64,000 bases of DNA from an uncultured Phycisphaerales bacterium (GTDB taxonomy: Bacteria > Planctomycetota > Phycisphaerae > Phycisphaerales > SM1A02), in assembly GCA_938084645.1 (NCBI GenBank), contig CALKEP010000052.1:19340-83339 (forward strand). Reading direction: 5' to 3'. Numbering within the stretch: position 1 is the stretch's first letter; every line of letters begins with the position of its first letter. The translations under genes and the position numbers were made by a program. Shown piece after piece: positions 47,540-56,937 of this stretch. The notes under the pieces were generated by a model. That model was not told where the DNA came from. It searched no databases and saw nothing but the letters and a program-made list of their open reading frames with translations.

Positions 47540-47919
47540 GGCGGAGATTCCGCCGAACAGTCATGCGGCCATGGATCGGCCGCCGGACGCATCGTCGGCA
47601 CGCGGTCGAGTCGACGGTGCGAGCAGTTCGTGTCGCGACGGTCAAGGATGACCGTTGCGGCCCGTGAATCGACCGCAAACGCCTTGTTTTTTCGGGCATC
47701 GCGAACAGGGGGGCACCTGGTTCGCGGACCCCGGGCCAAGGATGGCCCGGATCTGGGTTGCTTCGAGGGTCAAGGATGATCCCGGAGCACGTCGGGGCAC
47801 AGGCCCCGACCTCCCTCGACCTGCGTGGTCGGTTCGAGGGCTTTCGGCCATGAGCGGGGGCTCGATGGCTGCTTCGCTTCGCCGCCCGCGTCGTCGACAG
47901 ACGACGCGGGCGTTTTCTT
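47540..47919 (+). ncRNA. Putative CsrA-sequestering RNA (CsrB/RsmZ-like), or structured mraZ 3' UTR
   Basis: Hairpins with CA-AGGA-UG apex at 47634-47659, 47731-47750 and 47767-47782; AUGGAUC-loop hairpin at 47565-47583; terminator 47883-47919; adjacent to csrA; 5' end unknown. Confidence 0.6.
47883..47919 (+). terminator. Intrinsic terminator
   Basis: CGCCCGCGTCGTC-GACA-GACGACGCGGGCG-TTTTCTT. Confidence 0.85.
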
Positions 47920-47940
47920 CGGACGCGCTGCTGGAAGGAC

Positions 47941-47967
47941 GAGGACCCCGCGGTGCGCGGGGTCCTC
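47941..47967 (-). terminator. Hairpin downstream of csrA, probable terminator
   Basis: GAGGACCCCGCG-GTG-CGCGGGGTCCTC perfect 12-bp stem. Confidence 0.55.
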
Positions 47968-48010
47968 ATCGAAAGGTCTTCTTGTCGGCGACGTTCGATC
48001 GACGGATGCT

Positions 48011-48235
48011 TCAGGCTTCCGAGGCCGGCCGGATCTGACCCGCCACCGGAGGCGCGTCCTCGTCGGCCACGATCTGTTCCGCGACCTCTCGGCGGTGGAC
48101 CGCGACTTCACGCGGAAACTCGAACGCGAGTCGGACACGGTCGCCCTTGATCACCGCCACCCGGACGACACCAAGAGGCGACGCGGGATCTCCGATGATG
48201 ACTTCCTCACCTTCGCGGCGGGTGATGACGAGCAT
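48011..48235 (-). CDS. csrA: Carbon storage regulator CsrA
   Basis: MLVITRREGEEVIIG...VRLAFEFPREVAVHRREV; AGGAGG Shine-Dalgarno. Confidence 0.95.
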   Translation of the reverse strand: MLVITRREGEEVIIGDPASPLGVVRVAVIKGDRVRLAFEFPREVAVHRREVAEQIVADEDAPPVAGQIRPASEA

Positions 48236-48412
48236 GATCAGGGCCTCCTGCCTGCGGACCACCCTGGAAGGGGTTCGACCGGGACCTTGGTGCCTCGGCC
48301 GTTGAAGGGTGGTTGCCGAGATCGTTCGGCACGGTACAGCCTAGCCGAACGACGGCGATTACAGAAGTCGGGATCGGTGGATTTGCCGTTCGTTCGGGGC
48401 CTCGACGAGTCT

Positions 48413-48661
48413 TCACTCGGAGGCCACGACCTCGGTCACTTCGGGGACTCGGCTGCGCAGATTTCGCGCGATTCCGTCGCGAAGCGTCATTTCGCTCGAC
48501 GGACATCCGACGCAGGCCCCGAGAAAGCGGATCTTGACGACGCCTTCTTCGGAGATCTCAAGGAGCTCGAAGTCCCCTCCGTCTTCCTGGACCGCCGGCC
48601 GAATGAGGGCCAGAACCGCCTCCACTCGAGACTGCAGGGATTCGGTTGGAGGCTCGGTCAT
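48413..48661 (-). CDS. NifU-like (Nfu) Fe-S carrier
   Basis: IRPAVQEDGGD...GACVGCPSS. Confidence 0.93.
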   Translation of the reverse strand: MTEPPTESLQSRVEAVLALIRPAVQEDGGDFELLEISEEGVVKIRFLGACVGCPSSEMTLRDGIARNLRSRVPEVTEVVASE

Positions 48662-48831
48662 GGCTGAAGACGTCCTTGGGGAACCCGGAAACGGGGCTTT
48701 GCCGGCGCTGCCGGAACCGCGTTCGTTCGACACGATGATAGAGTCATGCGGCAACCTCCGTCGAATCACCTCGGGTTTGGTGACAACCGGCGGCGTCATT
48801 CGTTCCTGCAAGGCATGGAGGCCTGAGCGAC

Positions 48832-50343
48832 GTGAGCCCGAGAATGCTTCGTGACCTCGATCAAGGTGGACCGGGATGGGAATCCGGCTCGTCACCGGTG
48901 GTCCGTCGGATGCCGATCGCGATGCTCCTCGCGGGGCTCCTGGTCATCGGCCTGATTGCGGTGCCGCCCGGATGTGCGCCTCGATCGATCGAGGATCCGG
49001 CGGCGGTCCTCGCCGATCCCGAGGAGACGTCCGGCCGCCACGCGGCCGCGATGCGGATGCTGGAGGCCACGACCGAACCGGACGCCACGAGTCGCGCCCT
49101 CAAGCGGATGATCGTCGCCGACGGGTACACCGTCGACGTCCGACAGATGGCATACGACCGCATGAAGGTGATCGACCCGGAGGGACTCCAGCGCCTGCTG
49201 GAGATCCAGATGCCGAAGATCGATGCGATTCGATGGCGTGAACGCCTGTGCGAACTCATCGCGGCGGAGCCCTGGATCGACATGACGCCGACGCTCATCC
49301 GGGCGTGGGCGAGACCGATGCCCAACTGGGTGGAGGATCCCAAGGATCGACCGGAGCGACTGGCCCTGATCGAGATGTACGGTGAAGACCGGCTCGCGGA
49401 CGTGCTGGTCCAGGTCATGCTCGATGCGGATCCGGTGGTCGCGGCGAACCTTCGCGCCCGATGCTGGGAATTGCTCGTGGCGGAGGGACGACGCGATCGG
49501 GTGGTGGAACTGCTCGCGAGCAGCGACGTCTCCCCCCGGGACGGCATGTTCCGGGATCTTCGGACGATCTCGGAACGCACCGGGATCATCCCGGTGAATC
49601 GTGAGGAGATCATCTGGGCCCGCACGCTGTGTCGGCCGGAGAACGCCGACTTCCTGGACGCCGCGTCCGCAGCGTGCGACCGGGTCCCGGAATCACGGCG
49701 GCCGACCCTCGAACTGCGGGACCTCGGCGTGCTCGTCGCGGCGATGCGTCTCGATCCGACGCTTCTCGACCAGGACGAGGCCACGCTCTACGAAGGCCTC
49801 CGACGGGATGTCGATGTCGACGGAAGGCGCCTCTATTCCGCGAACTTCACCGGCTGGAACGACACCCACACCGAGCGACTTCGGGAGGTCCGCCGGAAGC
49901 TCGACTGGGGCGACCTGCTCGCCGTGCGGATCGCGGCGGAATCGCTGGGAATCGAGGCGGTTCGCGGGCATCTCTTCCGCTATGCGGAGCGTGACCTTCT
50001 CGACGAGAGCACGGAATTCGGCGGCGTCATCTCGGTGGACGACGAGGGGCGGATCGAGGTGCTCGAATTCAAGCCCCGGGTTCGGCGCGGCGACAATCGC
50101 TTCGAGGCGACGCAGGAGATGTTCGACGCGGCGTACACCGGCGTCTTCCACTTCCACAATCACGCCCAGAAGTACGACAACCGGGACTACGCCGGACCGC
50201 ACATGGGCGACTTCGCCTATGCGGAGGCGACGAGGGCCAACTGTCTCGTCTTCACCTTCATCGACAGCCGGACCATCAACGCCGACTACTACCGCCACGG
50301 CGGGGTGGTGGTGGATCTCGGCACCTTCCAGCGGCCGGACTGA
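48832..50343 (+). CDS. Exported/lipoprotein-like helical protein with C-terminal JAB/MPN-like domain
   Basis: Hydrophobic leader ending PPGC; C-terminal EFGG...HFHNH...GPHMGD; start may be the later ATG 48910. Confidence 0.7.
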   Translation: MSPRMLRDLDQGGPGWESGSSPVVRRMPIAMLLAGLLVIGLIAVPPGCAPRSIEDPAAVLADPEETSGRHAAAMRMLEATTEPDATSRALKRMIVADGYTVDVRQMAYDRMKVIDPEGLQRLLEIQMPKIDAIRWRERLCELIAAEPWIDMTPTLIRAWARPMPNWVEDPKDRPERLALIEMYGEDRLADVLVQVMLDADPVVAANLRARCWELLVAEGRRDRVVELLASSDVSPRDGMFRDLRTISERTGIIPVNREEIIWARTLCRPENADFLDAASAACDRVPESRRPTLELRDLGVLVAAMRLDPTLLDQDEATLYEGLRRDVDVDGRRLYSANFTGWNDTHTERLREVRRKLDWGDLLAVRIAAESLGIEAVRGHLFRYAERDLLDESTEFGGVISVDDEGRIEVLEFKPRVRRGDNRFEATQEMFDAAYTGVFHFHNHAQKYDNRDYAGPHMGDFAYAEATRANCLVFTFIDSRTINADYYRHGGVVVDLGTFQRPD

Positions 50344-50383
50344 ATTCGTCCTCGGTCGTGGCTCCTGATCGGGAACCGATCAC

Positions 50384-51886
50384 GTGCAGGTCCTGCTCAT
50401 CATCCTCGCCGCCGTGGTGCTCCTTCCGGCGCCGGAAGGCGGGTTCCCCGCCCGGCTCGAGCCCCTCGCGAGCATCAGCCTGGTCCTGGGGGGGGTCGGC
50501 GTCCTGCTCGTCGTCGCGGCGTTGAACGCGCGGCTGCTTCAACACCGACTCGCCGGGGATCAGCCGCTCCGCCAGTTCGATCGAGCGGCGCGGAGTCTTC
50601 GCTTCGTCCAGTGGATGGCGGTGGCGATCGTCGCGACGGGCGTCGTCGCGACTGGTTTTCGTGAGGCGGTCCGCGGGTACGTCGGTGACTTCCTGATCAT
50701 CGACGAGGTGGTGACGATGGCACCCGCGTTGATCGCGATCGTCGCGGCATGGTGGATCTTCCACCCCTTCGAGGCCCGAGCCCGAGATGCCACGCTGATT
50801 CGCCGCCTCGACGAAGGGCTTCCCGTGCACGCGGCGCCCTCCCGGAGCGCCTGGGTCGCGACGCAGTTCCGGACCCAGGTCCTGGTCCTGCTGGTTCCGC
50901 TCGGTCTGCTCGCCGTGGCGGGTGACGTCTTCAAGGCGGTGTTGGCGAGTTCCGACTTCGAACCGCCGACGTGGGTGGCCACCGCCATCTCCGCGTCCCT
51001 GGTGATCCCCGTCGCGATCCTCGCGCCGGCGCTGGTGGTCCGGTTGCTCGGCGCCCGCCCGCTTCCCGCGGGGGAGGTTCGAACGACGCTCGAATCCATG
51101 TGCGACCGCGCGGAAGTCAGGATCCGAGACATCCTGCTCTGGCCCACCGGCGGACGGCTGGTCAACGCCGCGGTCACTGGCTTCGTGAGTCGGTTTCGCT
51201 GGGTTCTGCTCACCGATGGCCTGCTCGAGACGCTCCGTCGGGAACAGGTCATGGCGGTGATGGCTCATGAACTCGCCCACGCGCGGCGACGGCACATGCC
51301 CTGGATGGGCGTGGGGCTCGTCGCGATGAGCATGGTGCTGGCGGAGGCGATCGATCCGATCCTCCTGGCGCTTCGTGCCGCGCGGATCGACGCGGGCGGC
51401 GCCGACGCCGCGATCGCCGCGGACCTCTGGTGGATGGACATCATCGCGACGGCCGTGGTCCTCGTCGGGACGCTGGTGGGATTCGGCTGGATATCCCGTC
51501 GTTTCGAGCGACAGGCGGATGCCTTCGCGGCGGTGCGGATGTCGGTCGATGTCGAGGATCGCCCGCTCGCGACGGTCTCGGTCGAGGGCGTCGATGCGAT
51601 GCGATCCGCGCTGACCGCGGTGGCCGGCGTGAACGGCGTCGACCTGAAGCGGTTCACCTGGCGACATGGTTCGATCGCCTCGCGGCAGCGTCACCTGCTG
51701 GGGTTGATCCACCGACCGATCGACCGGCTGCCGATCGACCGGATGGTCCGGGTGATCGAGGTGGCCTCGGTGGTGGCGATCGTGCTGGTGGTGGGGCGGT
51801 GGTTCCTGGTCACGTCGGCGGAACCCTCGATTTTCGAGGATCCCGCGTTCGGAACGCCCGAAGTCGCCGTGTCCTTGCGAGAATGA
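50384..51886 (+). CDS. M48 (Ste24/HtpX-like) integral membrane metalloprotease
   Basis: Multiple TM helices, NAAVTG, AHELAH, SRRFERQAD, HGSIASR. Confidence 0.9.
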   Translation: MQVLLIILAAVVLLPAPEGGFPARLEPLASISLVLGGVGVLLVVAALNARLLQHRLAGDQPLRQFDRAARSLRFVQWMAVAIVATGVVATGFREAVRGYVGDFLIIDEVVTMAPALIAIVAAWWIFHPFEARARDATLIRRLDEGLPVHAAPSRSAWVATQFRTQVLVLLVPLGLLAVAGDVFKAVLASSDFEPPTWVATAISASLVIPVAILAPALVVRLLGARPLPAGEVRTTLESMCDRAEVRIRDILLWPTGGRLVNAAVTGFVSRFRWVLLTDGLLETLRREQVMAVMAHELAHARRRHMPWMGVGLVAMSMVLAEAIDPILLALRAARIDAGGADAAIAADLWWMDIIATAVVLVGTLVGFGWISRRFERQADAFAAVRMSVDVEDRPLATVSVEGVDAMRSALTAVAGVNGVDLKRFTWRHGSIASRQRHLLGLIHRPIDRLPIDRMVRVIEVASVVAIVLVVGRWFLVTSAEPSIFEDPAFGTPEVAVSLRE

Positions 51887-51890
51887 GGGC

Positions 51891-52814
51891 ATGCGATTCG
51901 TCAAGATGCATGGCCTGGGAAACGACTACGTCTTCGTGGACGGACGGCTGACGCACGTCGACGATCCGGCCGAGGTGAGTCGTCAGGTGAGCGACCGGCA
52001 TCGCGGGGTCGGAAGCGACGGCTTGATCCTGATCGATCCACCCGACGATCCGACGAACCATGCCCGGATGCGGATGTTCAACGCGGATGGACGCCGCGGC
52101 GAGATGTGTGGAAACGGCATCCGGTGCATCGCGAAGTTCCTGGTCGATCGCGGGATCACCGAGGACGAGGCGGTTCGGATCGAGACCGACGGCGGTCTGC
52201 GTCGACTCGGCTGGAGTCGGGGCGTTGATGGTCGCGTCGCCTCCGTCGACGTGGACATGGGGCCGCCGACCCTCGCGGTCGATCGAATCCCCGCGGATCT
52301 TCCCGGGATGGAGCCGGGAGCGACCGCGATCGAATGGGCGTTCGATCCCAAGGCGTTCGAGCTCGACCCCACGATGATGGAGCGTGCGGGCATCGCGTCC
52401 CGGCTCACGCTGGTGTCGATGGGAAATCCGCACGTGGTGATCCGCTGCGACGACGTCGGGCTCGTTCCGCTTGACGGAATCGGGCCCGTGATCGAACGGC
52501 ATTCGTGGTTCCCGAACCGGATCAACGTCCATTTCGTGGAAGCGGTGGATCCGGGCTCGGTCCGGGTCGTGACCTGGGAGCGTGGAAGCGGGCCCACCCG
52601 GGCCTGTGGAAGCGGCGCGTGTGCGGTCTGCGTGGCCGGCGTGCTCGGCGGCTGGGCGGATTCGCCGCTCCGCGCGATGCTGCCCGGTGGCGTGCTCGAG
52701 CTCCACTGGTCGGGAGCTGAGGCGGACTCCGTGATGATGCGGGGGCCCGCGACCGAAGTCTTCGAAGGTGACATCGAACTCGCCGGAACCCGCCGGCAGG
52801 AAGCCCATCCATGA
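51891..52814 (+). CDS. dapF: Diaminopimelate epimerase
   Basis: KMHGLGNDY, EMCGNGIRC, SMGNPH, WERGSGPTRACGSGACA. Confidence 0.98.
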   Translation: MRFVKMHGLGNDYVFVDGRLTHVDDPAEVSRQVSDRHRGVGSDGLILIDPPDDPTNHARMRMFNADGRRGEMCGNGIRCIAKFLVDRGITEDEAVRIETDGGLRRLGWSRGVDGRVASVDVDMGPPTLAVDRIPADLPGMEPGATAIEWAFDPKAFELDPTMMERAGIASRLTLVSMGNPHVVIRCDDVGLVPLDGIGPVIERHSWFPNRINVHFVEAVDPGSVRVVTWERGSGPTRACGSGACAVCVAGVLGGWADSPLRAMLPGGVLELHWSGAEADSVMMRGPATEVFEGDIELAGTRRQEAHP

Positions 52815-54118
52815 CCATCCGACTCGATCGACTCGATGATTTCGAACGCCGCATCGCCGAAGCCGTCCAGGCTCGCGACGCCCGGATGCGGGAGGAACTC
52901 GCGGCCATGGTCGCGATCCCCACCGGCTTCAACCACACGCCGGGGCTTGACGCGTTGCGCGACCTGCTCGCCGATCGGCTGTCGGGGATCGGTGGCGACC
53001 TCGAGCGGGTCCCCGGCGTCCCGCGGCCGGGCTGGATCAAGATTCGAAGTGGTTCCGACGATCCGGAGGCGGCCGCGGTCGCCGAGGACGTTCCGCCGAT
53101 GCTCGTCGCGCGGCACGCGGTGGGGGACGGCCGGGACGCGACTCGGCTCCTGGTCTGCGGGCATCTCGACACCGTGCATGATCCCGACGGTCCCTTCCAG
53201 CAACTGGTGGAGGCCGCGGGCGGGATCGCGCACGGTCCCGGCGCGATGGACATGAAGGGTGGGCTGCTCGTCGCGATCTCGGCGCTCGAGGTGCTGCACG
53301 AACTCGGGCGCGAAATCGACTGGACGGTCGCCCTCGTGCCCGACGAGGAGACCGGCACCTACTTCTCGGAGAAGGCGCTGCTCGACGTGGCCCGGGGTCA
53401 CGATGTCGGACTGGTCCTCGAACCGGCGCTGGTCGACGGTTCGCTGGTGGTCGAACGGATGGGATCGGGCGCCTTCATGATCGAGGCGCATGGTCGGGCC
53501 GCCCACGTCGGCCGGGCGTTCGCGGAAGGTCGCTCCGCGGTGGTCGCCCTCGCCCAGGCGATTCTCGAGATCTCCGCCCTCGCCGATCCGGACGCGGGCC
53601 GCATCGTCAACATCGGCCCCATGCACGGCGGGCAGGTCACCAACGCGGTCGCCCATCATGCCCGGTGCTGGGGGAACGTCCGCTACCGCGACGAGGCCGC
53701 CCGCGTGGCGCTCGATGCGGAGATTCACGCGGTGGTCGACCGGCTCAACGCGACGATGGCCGAATCGGGCGACGAACCGCCGCGGCTCGAGGCCCACACC
53801 GCGTTCATCCGGGCGGCGAAGCCCGCGACCCCGGAGGTCATGGTGCTGGCCGAACGGGCGCGGGAGGCCAGCGAGGATCTCGGTCATCCCATGCCCTTCG
53901 CCTCGACCGGCGGGGTCTGCGACGGGAACGTGATCCAGCAGGCGGGTGTTCCGACCATCGACACCCTCGGTGTCCGGGGTGGGGGGATGCACCGCCCGGA
54001 CGAGCACATCCAGCTGGACAGTCTCGTCGAGCGGACGACGCTCTTCGCGATCCTGATGCACCGGCTCGATCGGGACGGCTTCGGGGACCGGCCGGGATCC
54101 GGGCGTTCGATATCATGA
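52811..54118 (+). CDS. M20/ArgE-DapE-family metallo-hydrolase
   Basis: GHLDTV, GPGAMDMKGG, DEE, VLEP, GRAAH, CDGN, HRPDE. Confidence 0.92.
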   Translation: MTIRLDRLDDFERRIAEAVQARDARMREELAAMVAIPTGFNHTPGLDALRDLLADRLSGIGGDLERVPGVPRPGWIKIRSGSDDPEAAAVAEDVPPMLVARHAVGDGRDATRLLVCGHLDTVHDPDGPFQQLVEAAGGIAHGPGAMDMKGGLLVAISALEVLHELGREIDWTVALVPDEETGTYFSEKALLDVARGHDVGLVLEPALVDGSLVVERMGSGAFMIEAHGRAAHVGRAFAEGRSAVVALAQAILEISALADPDAGRIVNIGPMHGGQVTNAVAHHARCWGNVRYRDEAARVALDAEIHAVVDRLNATMAESGDEPPRLEAHTAFIRAAKPATPEVMVLAERAREASEDLGHPMPFASTGGVCDGNVIQQAGVPTIDTLGVRGGGMHRPDEHIQLDSLVERTTLFAILMHRLDRDGFGDRPGSGRSIS

Positions 54119-54191
54119 GGCGGTCGCCGCGAGGTTCTCGCGGCGATCCATCGGTTCACTGACCACGAACCCCGGTGATCTCCCGTTTCCG

Positions 54192-55652
54192 GTGTTCAAG
54201 GAGGTTCTTCGCGTGAGCACGTCCCAGTCCGGCACCATCGCCGAAACGTTTCGTCACAGCCCCGAAGTCACGGCCGCCATCGACGCGGTGATCGCCCGGC
54301 TCGAGGCGGATCAGTCCGCGATCGACGGGGCCCGGCCCGCGACGACGGCGGGGGCCGAGACGCTCCAGGGCTGGCTGGCCCGCTCCGCGGAGGCGCGGGG
54401 CAAGGGGGCGCTTTATCCGTACATCGGAAGCGGCATCGGTCGCGGACCGCTGGTCGAGCTCGTCGACGGCTCCGTGAAGTGGGACATGATCAACGGGATC
54501 GGCGTGCACATGTTCGGGCACGGTGATCCGGGGATGGTCCGCGCCGCCCTCGAGTCCGCGTTGGGCGACGTCGTGATGGAAGGCAACCTCCAGTACAACG
54601 CGGAGAGCATCGAGCTCGCGGAGTTCCTCGCGCAGGAGGCGGCGAAGGGCTCGAGGATCCGTCACTGCTTCACGACCAACTCCGGCGCGATGGCCAACGA
54701 GAGCGCACTGAAGGTGTGCCAGCAGAAGACCGACGGCGCCCCGCGGGTCATCGCCTTCCAGGACTGCTTCATGGGTCGATCGACCACCATGGCCCAGATC
54801 GGCGACTCCGCCGCGGGTCGGGTGGGAATCCCCCTGAACACGCACGTCGACTACATGCCCTTCTACGATCCCGCGATGGGGCAGCGTTCGATCGAGATGG
54901 CGGTCTGGCATCTCGACCAGTATCTCAAGCGATACCCCGGACAGCACAGTTGCTTCATCTTCGAACTGGTGCAGGGCGAGGGCGGATTCCGCACGGCGCC
55001 CCGCGAGTTCTTCGTTCCCCTGATGGAGATGTGCCGGGAGCGGGGGGTTCCGATCTGGGACGACGAGGTGCAGACCTTCGGGCGGAACACGGAGATGTAC
55101 TACTACGACGCGCTCGATCTCGGCGAGTACGTGGACGTGGTGACGATCGGGAAGATGAGCCAGGTCTGCGCCTGCCTGTACACCGAGGACTTCAACCCCA
55201 AGCCGGGGCTGCTGAGCGGCACGTTCATCGGCTCGAGCAGCGCGATCCATGGCGGGCTCTCCGCCCTTCGACGGCTTCGTGACGGCGGCTACTACGGTCC
55301 CGAGGGCAGGATCGCCGGCATCCAGACCGCCTTCCGGGAACATGCGGACGCCTTCGTCGCGGCCCACCCCGAGTGGTTCCCCGCCGCCAAGGACACCTTC
55401 GGTCGTCCGATCACGGAGTTCGTGGCGGGTACCGGCGGAATGTGCCGCCTGACGCCATTCGGGGGCAGTCGGGCGATGATCATGAAGGCGCTCCACGTGA
55501 TGTTCGATGAAGGAGTGATCGCCTTCATCTGCGGTCACGATCCGTACCATCTCCGGTTCCTGCCGCCCGTCGGGGTGATGAAGCCGGAGCACTTCGGGCC
55601 GGTGTTCGAGATTCTCGAGCGAGCCTTCGCCCGGACCGTCGCCGAAGGGTGA
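54192..55652 (+). CDS. Class-III PLP aminotransferase (AstC/ArgD-like)
   Basis: SGAMANESALK, FMGRS, ELVQGEGG, DEVQTFGR, TIGK. Confidence 0.9.
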   Translation: MFKEVLRVSTSQSGTIAETFRHSPEVTAAIDAVIARLEADQSAIDGARPATTAGAETLQGWLARSAEARGKGALYPYIGSGIGRGPLVELVDGSVKWDMINGIGVHMFGHGDPGMVRAALESALGDVVMEGNLQYNAESIELAEFLAQEAAKGSRIRHCFTTNSGAMANESALKVCQQKTDGAPRVIAFQDCFMGRSTTMAQIGDSAAGRVGIPLNTHVDYMPFYDPAMGQRSIEMAVWHLDQYLKRYPGQHSCFIFELVQGEGGFRTAPREFFVPLMEMCRERGVPIWDDEVQTFGRNTEMYYYDALDLGEYVDVVTIGKMSQVCACLYTEDFNPKPGLLSGTFIGSSSAIHGGLSALRRLRDGGYYGPEGRIAGIQTAFREHADAFVAAHPEWFPAAKDTFGRPITEFVAGTGGMCRLTPFGGSRAMIMKALHVMFDEGVIAFICGHDPYHLRFLPPVGVMKPEHFGPVFEILERAFARTVAEG

Positions 55653-55721
55653 CGCTCGATCCGATTCCGCCGGCGATGGTCGCCGTCGGATGCACGGCCC
55701 ACGTCCGCAGGAGCCACAGGC

Positions 55722-56852
55722 ATGTTCGTCATCCGACAGGTCGCGACCGAAGACGTCACCACGCTTCTCAAGCTCGCGCGGATGGTCCATTTCATCAACC
55801 TTCCCCCCGACCGCGACATCATCGCGTCGAAGGTGGTCCGCAGCCGGAGGAGCTTCGGTCGACAGGCCACGGATCCGCGCGAGCGGAACTTCATGTTCGT
55901 GCTCGAGGATCTCGACACCGGCAACGTGATCGGCACCAGCGCGATCATCTCCTGCGTTTCGTGGCCCGGACATCCGCACGTCTACCTCGACGTCACTCGT
56001 CGCGAGTTCTGGAGCGACGATCTGCAGCAGGGCGCGACCCAGGTCATGCTCACGCTGGGTGAGGACGTCTCGGGCCCCACCGAGATGGGCGGTCTCATCC
56101 TCGCACCCGGCTACCGCGGACATGCGGAGAAGCTCGGCGGGTTCCTGTCGATGGTCCGGTTCCACTACATGGGCCTGCACAAGCGGCAGTTCAACAAGCG
56201 GGTGATCGCGGAGATGATGGGCGCGATCACGCCCGAGAGCCACAACCTCTTCTGGGACTACCTCGGCCGGCGGTTCATCAACCTCTCCTACAAGGAGGCG
56301 GATCTCTTCTGCCAGCACTCGAAGGAGTTCATGACCGCGTTGTTCCCCCGCGAGCCCTTCTACGCCTCCCTGCTTCCAGCGGAGGCCCGGAACCTCATCG
56401 GACGCGAAAGCGACGAGACGCGGCCCGCCCGCCGGATGCTGGAGCGACAGGGTTTCGAATACAAGGGGCACATCGACCCCTTCGACGGCGGCCCCTATCT
56501 CGAGGTCGCTCGGGACAAGATCCCGCTGGTGGCGGCGACCCTGAAGTGTTCGCTGACCGGCGAACTCACCGGGACCGGCAAGTCGATCGGCATCGTGTCG
56601 CACGAGAGCGACGTCGGTTTCCGCGCGGTCCGAACGACCTTCACCCACCGGGGCGACGGCGTCCGGATTCCCGCCGCCGCGATGGACGCGATTCATGCGG
56701 TGAAGGGATCGAAGCTGGGCGTCACGCCCTTCCCGGATCGGCCCGAAGCGTCGAAGGCCGGATCCAGGTCGAAGGCCGGATCCAAGCCGAAGGCCGGATC
56801 CAAGTCGAAGACCGGATCCAAGACCGGGTCGCGGTCGAAGTCATCGAAGTGA
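55722..56852 (+). CDS. astA: Arginine N-succinyltransferase
   Basis: MFVIRQ, INLPPD, FMFVLED, TEMGGLIL, VIAEMMG, FWDYLGRRF, IDPFDGGP. Confidence 0.9.
   Translation: MFVIRQVATEDVTTLLKLARMVHFINLPPDRDIIASKVVRSRRSFGRQATDPRERNFMFVLEDLDTGNVIGTSAIISCVSWPGHPHVYLDVTRREFWSDDLQQGATQVMLTLGEDVSGPTEMGGLILAPGYRGHAEKLGGFLSMVRFHYMGLHKRQFNKRVIAEMMGAITPESHNLFWDYLGRRFINLSYKEADLFCQHSKEFMTALFPREPFYASLLPAEARNLIGRESDETRPARRMLERQGFEYKGHIDPFDGGPYLEVARDKIPLVAATLKCSLTGELTGTGKSIGIVSHESDVGFRAVRTTFTHRGDGVRIPAAAMDAIHAVKGSKLGVTPFPDRPEASKAGSRSKAGSKPKAGSKSKTGSKTGSRSKSSK
56751..56822 (+). repeat. 18-bp tandem repeat (4 copies) in the astA 3' end
   Basis: tcgaaggccggatccagg / tcgaaggccggatccaag / ccgaaggccggatccaag / tcgaagaccggatccaag. 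Confidence 0.9.
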
Positions 56853-56937
56853 GCCCGCCCGTCCCTGACGACCGCTCCAGGGCCGGGAATCGGCCGCCGG
56901 AATCGTCCTCGACCGTTTCGCACGGAGAACACGACCC

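Noticed and set aside
47565..47810. Hairpin array as a CRISPR or REP array
   Set aside because: Only the 8-nt apex repeats; stems and spacing differ; no cas gene or transposase nearby.
47510..48010. ORFs crossing the mraZ-csrA gap (47529-47969, 47655-48038, 47036-47779)
   Set aside because: Arg/Pro/Ser-rich with no codon bias or motifs; RNA hairpins explain the region better.
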